Assembly: GCA_937921305.1 (NCBI GenBank)
Contig: CAKZSU010000003.1
Coordinates: forward strand, 38,831-102,830
Origin: an uncultured Patescibacteria group bacterium
Lineage (GTDB): Bacteria > Patescibacteriota > Microgenomatia > UBA10105 > UBA927
Direction: 5' to 3'
DNA length: 64,000 nucleotides
Of the stretch, positions 37,954-46,982 are shown one piece after another; the stretch's first letter is position 1, and each line of letters begins with the position of its first letter. The notes beneath the pieces are model-generated. The model had not been told where the DNA came from. It made no database searches and worked only from the letters and a program-made list of their open reading frames with translations. Both the position numbers and the translations under genes were made by a program.

Positions 37954-38655
37954 ATGGAAGACATTAACACAAAAATTATCGCCACGATTGGTCCCGCAAC
38001 ACTTAACTTCAACATCTTTCAAGAACTTGTAATCGCTGGCATTGATTATATTCGTATCAATACAGCCTATGGAGATACCACCCAATACGATCTTATTTTA
38101 GAAAACAGACGAAAGCTTCCTAATCATCGACATATCCCGGTAGTATTTGATATTAAACATGAAGATATTATGGATTATTTTGTTGAAAAACAACTCGAGG
38201 TTGTCGCATTATCATTTACGGAACGAGCGGCACAAATTGAACGGATACGGCAAAAAGCGCCTCATGCATTTGTGATCGCGAAAATTGAATCAAAAGAAGG
38301 CGTTAAGCATTTTGACGAAATTCTTGAATCAGCAGATGGCATTATGGTCGCAAGAGGCGATCTCGGAAAAGCGGAGTCATTGGAAAAAGTGCCACCGCTG
38401 CAAAAGACATTCACTAGAAAAACGTTGGAAAAAGGGAAATTTTTAGTGACAGCCACAGAAATGCTTCTCTCCATGACAAAAAATCCTCAACCAACACACG
38501 CGGAAGTCTCTGATGTGGCGAATGCGGTGTTTGACGGCACATCAGCGGTGATGCTTTCAGAAGAAACAGCAATTGGAAAATATCCTGTTGAAACAGTCTA
38601 TTTTATGAGACGAATCATCGAAGAAGCGGAACGGTGGAAAAAGATAGATTATTGA
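37954..38655 (+). CDS. pyk: Pyruvate kinase, barrel-only minimal form
   Basis: TKIIATIGPA, AKIES, DGIMVARGDLG, EVSDVANAV, VMLSEETA; B and C domains absent. Confidence 0.85.
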   Translation: MEDINTKIIATIGPATLNFNIFQELVIAGIDYIRINTAYGDTTQYDLILENRRKLPNHRHIPVVFDIKHEDIMDYFVEKQLEVVALSFTERAAQIERIRQKAPHAFVIAKIESKEGVKHFDEILESADGIMVARGDLGKAESLEKVPPLQKTFTRKTLEKGKFLVTATEMLLSMTKNPQPTHAEVSDVANAVFDGTSAVMLSEETAIGKYPVETVYFMRRIIEEAERWKKIDY

Positions 38656-38700
38656 TAAAAATAACATTTATTGAATTCTTTCTTTGTGTTATTCAAGAAT

Positions 38701-38721
38701 TTTTCTTCAATAAGAAGAAAA
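38701..38721. terminator. AT-rich hairpin between convergent pyk and sppA
   Basis: TTTTCTTC-AATAA-GAAGAAAA. Confidence 0.45.
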
Positions 38722-38726
38722 CGTTT

Positions 38727-39815
38727 TTATTTACAAAACGCAGCGACATCTCCGTGATATACTAAACGCATTGTTGTTAATTGACACAATGGTGATGAAA
38801 ATTGTTCGCGAAAAGCGATTGTAGCTAATCGCGATTCTAAAAGACTCTTGAAAAAACCTTTATTTGGAGATTCTTCAACAATAGAGAATGCATCTTCGGA
38901 GATATTCGCTCGTTTTGCTAACTCCTTATACGCATCTTCTTTATTCATCACTGCGTCGATGAGATTTTTTTCTTTGCTCATCTTCGTGTCATACACAAGC
39001 GCGCCAATCGAATCTCGCAACGTTCCTTTGTTTATGTTTCTTCGAGACGACACATACTCGAGGAATCCATCATATTCATTGTTTACCATTGTTTGCATTG
39101 TTGCCAGTTCTTCTTTTGTAAGCTTTCTAAATGGATTTCCTAAATCTTTATATTTTCCTGCGGTTATAAACGTCGTTTCTATGCCATTTTGAGTTACTAC
39201 GCCTCCATCTAATATTCCGCCATCTTGCGCAATAACTTTGTCATAGAATTGATACGGACCAGAAATTACTCCAATGCTTCCTATACTCGTTCCTGCGTCT
39301 GCAAACACGCTATCTCCCGAAACAGCGACCCAATATCCACCAGACGCCGCAATACCTGAAATAAAAGAGATTACGGGTTTTCCAGATATTCGCTTATATT
39401 CCGCCACCCCATCCGCAATCGCTTTCGCTCCATAGATTGTTCCTCCAGGAGAGTTTATCGAAAGAACAACGCCATGAATGTCTTTGTTTTGAGCAAGCTC
39501 TCGAAGTTTCTTTTTTACATCATAGCCATAGGCAAGCGAATCGCTCATCAATCCAAATGGATCAGAAATATCCGATGTATCGCCAACAATCACGCCGTGA
39601 ATAGGAATTGACGCAAATTTATATGGAGCGTCTTCCTTTCCATATAAAACTTTTCTGCTCCCTTGTGCACTTTCCAAAGATGACGCAGCTTGCCCCAAAA
39701 TGATTCCAAAAATAACAAAGAATACGATTATTGATCCTCCAAGTGTTATGCTGACAATGATCGTTGCAAGAAATACTTTAAGAGAAAATGTAACAAAACG
39801 TTTGAAGATACCCAT
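38727..39815 (-). CDS. sppA: Signal peptide peptidase SppA (S49)
   Basis: N-terminal TM; INSPGG, AASGGYW, GSIGV, GKYKD. Confidence 0.9.
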   Translation of the reverse strand: MGIFKRFVTFSLKVFLATIIVSITLGGSIIVFFVIFGIILGQAASSLESAQGSRKVLYGKEDAPYKFASIPIHGVIVGDTSDISDPFGLMSDSLAYGYDVKKKLRELAQNKDIHGVVLSINSPGGTIYGAKAIADGVAEYKRISGKPVISFISGIAASGGYWVAVSGDSVFADAGTSIGSIGVISGPYQFYDKVIAQDGGILDGGVVTQNGIETTFITAGKYKDLGNPFRKLTKEELATMQTMVNNEYDGFLEYVSSRRNINKGTLRDSIGALVYDTKMSKEKNLIDAVMNKEDAYKELAKRANISEDAFSIVEESPNKGFFKSLLESRLATIAFREQFSSPLCQLTTMRLVYHGDVAAFCK

Positions 39816-39848
39816 GAAATTAAGTCTATCACTCTTTTGTTACAATAG

Positions 39849-42800
39849 TCAAACGTGTTGAGGTTTCATCCATTGATAGTACACAACAGGAATAAATAGC
39901 AACATAATTGTTGACGCGATCAATAATCCTGAAATAATCGATCCTCCCAAGCCACGCCAAAGTGGATCTGACAATGTAATTGGAATCAAACCAAGCACTG
40001 TGGTTAATTTTGTAAGCAATATTGGCTCCAATCTGCTTTCTCCGGCATCGACAATAGATTCTTCAAACGACATCCCTTCATTTTGATTTAGATTAATTTT
40101 ATCTACGATAAACATTGAATTTTTCACAATAATTCCGAAAAGCGACAAAATGCCAATCAACGCTGGAAACGATAACGGCGTTCCGGTAAGCGCGAAGGCA
40201 TAAAAGATCGAAGAAACAGCAAGCGGAATAACTAATAAAACAATAATCGCCTGTCGAAACGATCCAAATTGAATCACCATTGTAACCAGAATAAGAATAA
40301 ACGCGATTCCCATCGCTTGCAAAATCGATCGTACCGACCGAGCGTTTTCTTCATTCACTCCTCCTGTTCTCCATGAATATCCAGAAGGAAGATTGAGTTT
40401 GTTTGCGTATGATTCAAATGATCTATTGATGGTGCTCACAGAATATCCAGGCAACACATCGGCAGTAACTATGATCGTTCGTTTTCCATTTTCTCGTGTT
40501 ATTTTTGTTGGATTTGTTTGCAATTCAAGTGATCCTAATGACAATAACGGAATTGCTCCTCGTTGCGTTGGTATAGAAAGTTTTCCTAATGATTCAGCGT
40601 CTGGAGATTCACTATTAAAAGAAAAACGAATTGGTATTTTATCGCTTCCATCTTTTTCAAAATTCACTTCTCCTAAAGAAAATCCAGATCCATATAGTCG
40701 CGTCCAGAATCCTATTGTTTCCATAGAAAGACCAGCGCGAGCAACTAAATCGAGATTTGGCGTAAAGACAAGAGCGCTTGTTCCCTCTTGAATTGATATT
40801 TTTGGATTAACAACACCAGGGGTATTTTTTAGATAGTCAACAAGTTTATCTCCATATAAAGAGAGTGTGGATAAATCATCTCCGCTAATCGTCATTTGAA
40901 GATCAGAGCCAGCAGGAGGACCGCCAGAAACTTCCACTACCGATATTGCTTGGTTGTCTGCAAATTCTGTTCTTAACTTTTCAGAAAGATTTATGCTTGA
41001 AAATTTCTTTTCATCAATTCGTAATGTGAATAACGCGACATTTGTTTCTTCCGCGTCTTGATTTCCACCCCCCACAGGGGCTCGTTTGCCGAGTTCTGCA
41101 GTGACAAATTCAGCTTCTGGCGTCTCCTTGATACGCTGAAATATCGTCAGCATTTCTCTATATGTTTGTTCCAATGTTGTTCCTTGAGGAAGAGAAAGCT
41201 CAATATACACTCTATCTGTGTCTGTCTTTGGAAAGAATTCATTGTTCACAAACCCAAGAGGAAGCAGTAAAAATCCTATAAACGCATATGAAATAATCGC
41301 AATCACAACGCGTCTCCTATTGTGCTTTGAAGAAATAACTCGAGCAAGTACTCGCCTATACCATGACGATAAACGAGATAAAGAAATAAAGCTTTTGTTA
41401 GTAGATGTTTTGATACGCGAGACAATCGTTGAAATCATTGGAATGCGATTGTATCGCTTTTTTCTTATAGACAGAACAATACGATAGATAATAAAAATCC
41501 ATATACAGTAGAGACCTGCAATGAAAAGAAATAACGCATTTTCTCGGAATAACGCGAAGAGGATTCCCAAAAGAACTACAAGACCAATAATTTTTCCAAG
41601 AATAATGACTCTTTGTGGAATATTTGGTTTCAGAATTACCATCATTATAGGAAGCGTTACTAATACAGCAATCGTTGTTGACGAAATCATGGTAATCGTT
41701 ACCACAACAGGAATTGGTTTAATAAATTCTCCAATGATTCCTGTCGCAAGAAGCAAAGGAACAAACGACCAGATTGTTGTTATTGTTGTTGACCAAATCG
41801 GCACAATTGTGTCTCTCCACACAAGCAAACCAGTTTCCAGCGGGGTAAATTTTCTTGTTCGATAATATGCGGTCATAGTTGAAATAATCACGATGGTGTC
41901 ATCGACAAGGAGTCCAAGTGTGAGAAGAAGCGCGAAAAGCGTAAGAAAATTTATTGACATACCAAGATATTGCATAAACGCAAACGCAGAAAGAAATGTA
42001 AGAGGAATCGTGAATGACGCAATCATAGCTTGTCGAATACCAAGAAACACAAGCAATGAACCAAATAATAAAAGAAGCGTGCTGCGAAATTCTCGAAGTA
42101 AATCATTGAACTGCTCTGAAATCTGATCAGCGGTATTCACGATTGTTTTTACTTGAAACCTTATTCCGTAAGCGTTTATTTCTTTATCGACGATATCTTT
42201 TCCTCGTTTCGCTGCGTCAGTAATCGTAGCATTTCTTGTTTTAAAAATGCTTAATATTATCGCTTCTCTTCCTTCTTCTCCTTTTCTTCCAATATACGCG
42301 ACGCGTTGTTTTGGTTTGCTTCGTTCTGAAACAATCGCAATATCTCCGAGCGATACAAAAGAACCTTGAATAGAAAGCCGTATATTCCGAATATCATTAA
42401 GCGACTGTATTGTTGGTTGAATAGTGAATGAAAACGCGTGCTTTGTTGTTTCTATTGTTCCTGAAGGATAAGAAGCAATACCGCTTCTGATCGCTTGCGC
42501 AACAATCAACGGATTAAATCCAAGCTCGGCAACTTTTTCTTGATTCATTTCAACAATAATTTCTCGTTCTTCAAGACCAACCATGGTCACTCTGTCAATT
42601 TTTGGATCGTCTTCCAGTTTTTTTTGCAATGCTTTGGCGAACAATTGAAGCGATCCGATGTCTTCTGTTGTTGAAATTGCCACTTGCCAAATTGGCGTGT
42701 TTTCAAAGTCAAGCGCGGTAACAACAGGATCCCTCGCGTCTGAAGGCAAAGACACGGTTTCAACTTGCGATTGCACTTGATCTTTCGCTCTCTCTCTGTC

Positions 42801-43148
42801 GGTTCCAGAAACAAATTGCACAGAGATAGCCGAAATATTATCCCGAGAAGTTGATTGAATTCTGTCAATACCAGCTAATGACTGAATGGCGTTTTCTAGA
42901 GGAATAGTCACAAGGGATTCAACATCTTCTGGGCCAGCGCCGGGAAGAACAGTCACCACCGTAACAATTGGTATATTTACTTCTGGATTTAATCGACGAG
43001 GAAGATTAAGAAAACTTACAACACCAAGAAACACGATGCTTACAACAAGAAGAATCGTCAAACGAATATTTTTGAGATACGATGCGACTGGTCCTTTTAG
43101 AAGATTTGGATCAAATGTTAAACGAGAAAGATAGGATTGTTCCATCAA
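39849..43148 (-). CDS. RND efflux transporter permease (AcrB family)
   Basis: GLLVDDTIV, FFPKTD, GIIVKNS, RLEPILLT; two large extracytoplasmic loops. Confidence 0.93.
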   Translation of the reverse strand: MMEQSYLSRLTFDPNLLKGPVASYLKNIRLTILLVVSIVFLGVVSFLNLPRRLNPEVNIPIVTVVTVLPGAGPEDVESLVTIPLENAIQSLAGIDRIQSTSRDNISAISVQFVSGTDRERAKDQVQSQVETVSLPSDARDPVVTALDFENTPIWQVAISTTEDIGSLQLFAKALQKKLEDDPKIDRVTMVGLEEREIIVEMNQEKVAELGFNPLIVAQAIRSGIASYPSGTIETTKHAFSFTIQPTIQSLNDIRNIRLSIQGSFVSLGDIAIVSERSKPKQRVAYIGRKGEEGREAIILSIFKTRNATITDAAKRGKDIVDKEINAYGIRFQVKTIVNTADQISEQFNDLLREFRSTLLLLFGSLLVFLGIRQAMIASFTIPLTFLSAFAFMQYLGMSINFLTLFALLLTLGLLVDDTIVIISTMTAYYRTRKFTPLETGLLVWRDTIVPIWSTTITTIWSFVPLLLATGIIGEFIKPIPVVVTITMISSTTIAVLVTLPIMMVILKPNIPQRVIILGKIIGLVVLLGILFALFRENALFLFIAGLYCIWIFIIYRIVLSIRKKRYNRIPMISTIVSRIKTSTNKSFISLSRLSSWYRRVLARVISSKHNRRRVVIAIISYAFIGFLLLPLGFVNNEFFPKTDTDRVYIELSLPQGTTLEQTYREMLTIFQRIKETPEAEFVTAELGKRAPVGGGNQDAEETNVALFTLRIDEKKFSSINLSEKLRTEFADNQAISVVEVSGGPPAGSDLQMTISGDDLSTLSLYGDKLVDYLKNTPGVVNPKISIQEGTSALVFTPNLDLVARAGLSMETIGFWTRLYGSGFSLGEVNFEKDGSDKIPIRFSFNSESPDAESLGKLSIPTQRGAIPLLSLGSLELQTNPTKITRENGKRTIIVTADVLPGYSVSTINRSFESYANKLNLPSGYSWRTGGVNEENARSVRSILQAMGIAFILILVTMVIQFGSFRQAIIVLLVIPLAVSSIFYAFALTGTPLSFPALIGILSLFGIIVKNSMFIVDKINLNQNEGMSFEESIVDAGESRLEPILLTKLTTVLGLIPITLSDPLWRGLGGSIISGLLIASTIMLLFIPVVYYQWMKPQHV

Positions 43149-44599
43149 AACCTCACTTCATCGCCGGCAATCACATTTCTCGTCACAATAATCTGATCTT
43201 CCGCGTTAATTCCCTTCACTATCTCGACAAACGATCCAAATACCTGTCCAAGCGTCACAACTCGTCCGCTTGCAGTCCATTGTCCTTCTGTTGACTGTGT
43301 TGCAACATAAACAATAGAGGATCGTTGCGTCTGAAACACTGCATCAATTGGAATATACGGAATGGATGATAACGATCGAGGATTTCCCACAGGGATATGC
43401 ACTGATACAATCTCATCTTCTCCAAGTTTATCGGTAAATTCCTGAGGAATATCAAACAATACCGCATAAAGCGTCCCATCTGTCGGTTCTTGAGAGATAT
43501 ATCGAGGCAATAAAGAAATGGATTGATCTTTTCTCGTTATCACGCTTTGCTCAAAGCGAGAGATATGTTCAACAACATCTTTCGGAACTAGCACAACAAG
43601 ATTTGTGGCGTTAGTATCGCATCGAATACTCGCCAACGGTTGACCGGGATTAACCACTGTTCCAAATTGCGGATAGATTCTATCGATGACTCCATTACAT
43701 GGAGAAGCGGGAAACATCAATGATTCTGTGATTTGTGCAATAAGAAGATTTAATCGTGCTATTTCTTTTCCTGACTCCAATGCTTTTTCTTCAATTTCCA
43801 ATTGTTTCAACGCGACTTCTCTCGCTAAATCAGATAATCGAGCTTGAGGATTGCCCTCCCCAGAGGTGTATTCGGCGTTTCGAAGCGATGTTTCAAGACC
43901 GTTTAATCCGGATAGTACGCCTGCTTTTGCTTGTTTTGCTTGAAGAATCAACGCATTATTTGATCCGCCGACATTGGTATCTTCAAGTGTTTTAATATTA
44001 TCGTTGATCGTTGCAAGAATTTCTCGGTTAAGATTGATAAGCTGTTTTGTGTTCTGAATTGAATCATTCGTAATTCTTCTCATGTCGTCAGCCATCGCGT
44101 CGTTTTTCTCAGCTATTTCTCTTCGTTTTGCAATAAGTTCTTTTTGAATTGGATAATGTTCCTCTGTCAATGTTTTGTTTCGTTGAGCGATTTGTCTACT
44201 TAATGATGGGGTTGTGCCGCCTTGATAATTTGTTGAAAGATGTAGCAATATAGTTCCGCGCGACACACGAGCTCCCTCTGCTCTGTGAATTGTCTGCACC
44301 ACGCCAGCGGATTGCGCGACAATTTTTACTACGCCGCTTTTTTCAACTCGTCCCGAAAATGATATCTTTGGCGATGTCCCAATGCTAAAAATTTCAACAT
44401 TTTTTACAATGTTTTTCTCTTCTTTCTTTTCTTGCCTTGGTTTTCTTAGTGTGTTTCCTATCGCGATAACGCCAACAAGAAGAGTGAGGACAACAAAAAA
44501 ACTTATAAGCGGGTACGAATCAATAAAGCGAAGCGCTTTCTTTTTTAGCGACTTTACAAATATATGAATTGATATAAGAGTCTTTTTTATGGTATCCAT
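43145..44599 (-). CDS. RND periplasmic adaptor / membrane fusion protein with long coiled hairpin
   Basis: TM anchor, lipoyl halves, ASPCNGVI, IPIDAV, VTLG...VEIVKG; ATGA overlap with the RND gene. Confidence 0.85.
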   Translation of the reverse strand: MDTIKKTLISIHIFVKSLKKKALRFIDSYPLISFFVVLTLLVGVIAIGNTLRKPRQEKKEEKNIVKNVEIFSIGTSPKISFSGRVEKSGVVKIVAQSAGVVQTIHRAEGARVSRGTILLHLSTNYQGGTTPSLSRQIAQRNKTLTEEHYPIQKELIAKRREIAEKNDAMADDMRRITNDSIQNTKQLINLNREILATINDNIKTLEDTNVGGSNNALILQAKQAKAGVLSGLNGLETSLRNAEYTSGEGNPQARLSDLAREVALKQLEIEEKALESGKEIARLNLLIAQITESLMFPASPCNGVIDRIYPQFGTVVNPGQPLASIRCDTNATNLVVLVPKDVVEHISRFEQSVITRKDQSISLLPRYISQEPTDGTLYAVLFDIPQEFTDKLGEDEIVSVHIPVGNPRSLSSIPYIPIDAVFQTQRSSIVYVATQSTEGQWTASGRVVTLGQVFGSFVEIVKGINAEDQIIVTRNVIAGDEVRF

Positions 44600-44729
44600 A
44601 GTGATTGGGACGGTAATTATATCAAATCCTATAAAATTTTTCTAGAATATACTAGAAACTTTCTAAAAACTAGCGATACGGTATTCATACTCTTGATTTC
44701 TTGCAAAAGTTTTGTCATAGTGTCAAAAT

Positions 44730-45185
44730 ATGGAAGATCAAACACAAGTTACACAACACCAATCATCCCAACAAACACAGGATGATCAACCAAATACCGA
44801 GGTATCTCTCTTGTTGAATTTAGAATCGCTGATCAAATCGCATATTTCCGGACTTCAACAACGAAAAGAGGAGTTAAAACAATTAAAAGAGATGATGCAG
44901 TCCGCATTTCAGAACGATTCTTTGTATCAAGAAGCGGAATTGGCGGTAAAAGAAGCGAATAAGAAAAAGCGCGACGCGAAAGCCAGACTCATGAAGCTCG
45001 CGGAAGTTCGATCGGTTCAAGACAAAGCAAACGATATTGCTGCTGAGATCAAAGAAATGGATGCGGCACTCTCAGATTATCTTCGGGAATATCAACGACT
45101 TTCCGGTTCTAATGAAATTGTCGATGATCAAGGCAACGTGCATGAAATCACCTATATCGCCAAGCTGATAAAAAAGGGAAGATAA
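44730..45185 (+). CDS. Hypothetical coiled-coil protein
   Basis: Clean ORF with heptad pattern; TGtCATAGT 8 nt upstream. Confidence 0.75.
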   Translation: MEDQTQVTQHQSSQQTQDDQPNTEVSLLLNLESLIKSHISGLQQRKEELKQLKEMMQSAFQNDSLYQEAELAVKEANKKKRDAKARLMKLAEVRSVQDKANDIAAEIKEMDAALSDYLREYQRLSGSNEIVDDQGNVHEITYIAKLIKKGR

Positions 45186-45200
45186 AGTATACTAAAGCTC

Positions 45201-45944
45201 ATGCGCGTTACTTCTCTTAAAACATCTCCTGTAATGCATCAAGGCGATATCTTCGCATTTCTCGATGAATGGATTCACGCGTTGGAAGAGCGAACAATTG
45301 TCGTTATCACCTCAAAAGTTGTGAGTATTTTAGAAGGCAATGTCAGAGAAAAAACGATCTCAAAAGAGGATCTCATCAAACAAGAAGCGGGATATTACAT
45401 CGAAGATGAATGGCTGTGGAAATACTACCGATTATTTATCACAAGAAAAAACGATATCATTATTGCAAACGCCGGCATCGACGAATCAAACGCAAACGAT
45501 CGGTATGTGTTGTGGCCAAAAAATCCGTTTGAAACAGCGGAACGCGTATGGAGACATCTAAAAACGAAACACACTCTATCTTCGTTGGGCGTTATTATTT
45601 CCGATAGTAGAATCACGCCGTTGCGGTGGGGAACGATTGGAATAGGCATTGCGTGGTGCGGATTCCAGCCTCTCAATGATTATCGAGGAGCGCCAGATAT
45701 TTTCGGCAGATCTCTTCGCGTCACAAAAGCGGGGATCTTGGATGGATTAGCCGCTTCCGCCGTCCTTGTTATGGGAGAAGGAAAAGAACAAACGCCAATT
45801 GCGATGATTACCGATGTTCCATTTGTTACATTCGTCGATCATCCGCCGACCGAAGAAGAACAACAATCGATGCGAATTGATGTAAAAGATGATATTTACG
45901 CGCCTCTTATGACAGCAGCGCCATGGCAAAAAGGTGGCAAATAA
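45201..45944 (+). CDS. CofE-like gamma-glutamyl ligase (F420-0 / putative folate glutamate ligase)
   Basis: TSKVVSILEG, ANAGIDESN, GVIISDS, DYRGAPDIFGR, MGEG. Confidence 0.85.
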   Translation: MRVTSLKTSPVMHQGDIFAFLDEWIHALEERTIVVITSKVVSILEGNVREKTISKEDLIKQEAGYYIEDEWLWKYYRLFITRKNDIIIANAGIDESNANDRYVLWPKNPFETAERVWRHLKTKHTLSSLGVIISDSRITPLRWGTIGIGIAWCGFQPLNDYRGAPDIFGRSLRVTKAGILDGLAASAVLVMGEGKEQTPIAMITDVPFVTFVDHPPTEEEQQSMRIDVKDDIYAPLMTAAPWQKGGK

Positions 45945-45956
45945 CTCAGGGGAGAT

Positions 45957-46718
45957 ATGAATATTCTTTCTTTGATTGTAGGCGTTATTCTTAACCTCTT
46001 TGGTGGAGTTTCCTCTCCTGAAAGAATGCAGCAACATCAGAAACCAACCCCATCTCAGAAACAACAAAAAACTATAACGTATAACAACACATCATATGGC
46101 TATTCGATGCTCGGTCCTATTCCAAGAACATCAATCACGCTTTATAGCAATTTGCCGGTAAAAAAAACAGGAAAAGAAATACAGGAAATATATCAATGTA
46201 AATATCTTATAAATGGAGGATTTTATACAAAAGAGAATACCCACTTAGGACTGCTTGTAACGGAAGAAGGAACAAAAAGTCAACGAATAAAACACTCGCT
46301 ATTTCATGGATTTTTTTTCAAAACAAACGATGGATCAATACATATTGATCGCATGATTCCAGAAAAACCATTAGGATTTGCGCTTCAATCCGGTCCATTG
46401 CTGATTGTTAAAGGAGAACCGGTAATATTAAAGATTATTCAAGATGAACAAGCAAGACGGATCGCTGTTGGTCTTGATGAGTTTTCCAATGTGTATTTTT
46501 TTGCATTTTATGACACAAACAATCCGTTTCACGGACCATTTCTTGCGGATATGCCAGAAATTCTTCAAAAAACTGGAGAAGCGGAGGGGATCGCAATTCA
46601 GAACGCGATAAATCTTGACGGTGGAAGTCATTCGGCATTTTATGGATCAGATATAACGCTTACCGAACTTTCGCCGATTGGAAGTTTCTTTTGTATCAAA
46701 AGTAGAATCGATCGGTAA
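45957..46718 (+). CDS. Secreted phosphodiester glycosidase (NAGPA-like) domain protein
   Basis: INGGFY, QSGPLL, RRIAVG, AINLDGGSHS. Confidence 0.8.
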   Translation: MNILSLIVGVILNLFGGVSSPERMQQHQKPTPSQKQQKTITYNNTSYGYSMLGPIPRTSITLYSNLPVKKTGKEIQEIYQCKYLINGGFYTKENTHLGLLVTEEGTKSQRIKHSLFHGFFFKTNDGSIHIDRMIPEKPLGFALQSGPLLIVKGEPVILKIIQDEQARRIAVGLDEFSNVYFFAFYDTNNPFHGPFLADMPEILQKTGEAEGIAIQNAINLDGGSHSAFYGSDITLTELSPIGSFFCIKSRIDR

Positions 46719-46736
46719 TTGTTGTATCTCATTTCG

Positions 46737-46967
46737 TTACCAGAAGAATCGCTTTGACTCTGAGAGAGGGTATTTCTTATTCCATAGGAAAAGTTCGAAT
46801 TGCCGCCGTTTCTTCGGATCTATTGTATCACGAATCTTTGACCAGTATCGTTTCAATTCTTCGAGAGAAATTTTTTCTCGACCCATACATGATAATTTCT
46901 ACAATTTCCCAGATTCGTTTTTCCGTTTCATCATTAAATTTGTTTACTCAGTATTCCAATTTTTCAT
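46737..46967 (-). pseudogene. Doubly frameshifted small Trp-rich gene
   Basis: MKNWNT / VNKFNDETEKRIWEIVEIIMYG / EKISLEELKRYWSKIRDTIDPKKRRQFELFLW... in three successive frames. Confidence 0.55.
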
Positions 46968-46982
46968 ATATCACAATTCTTC

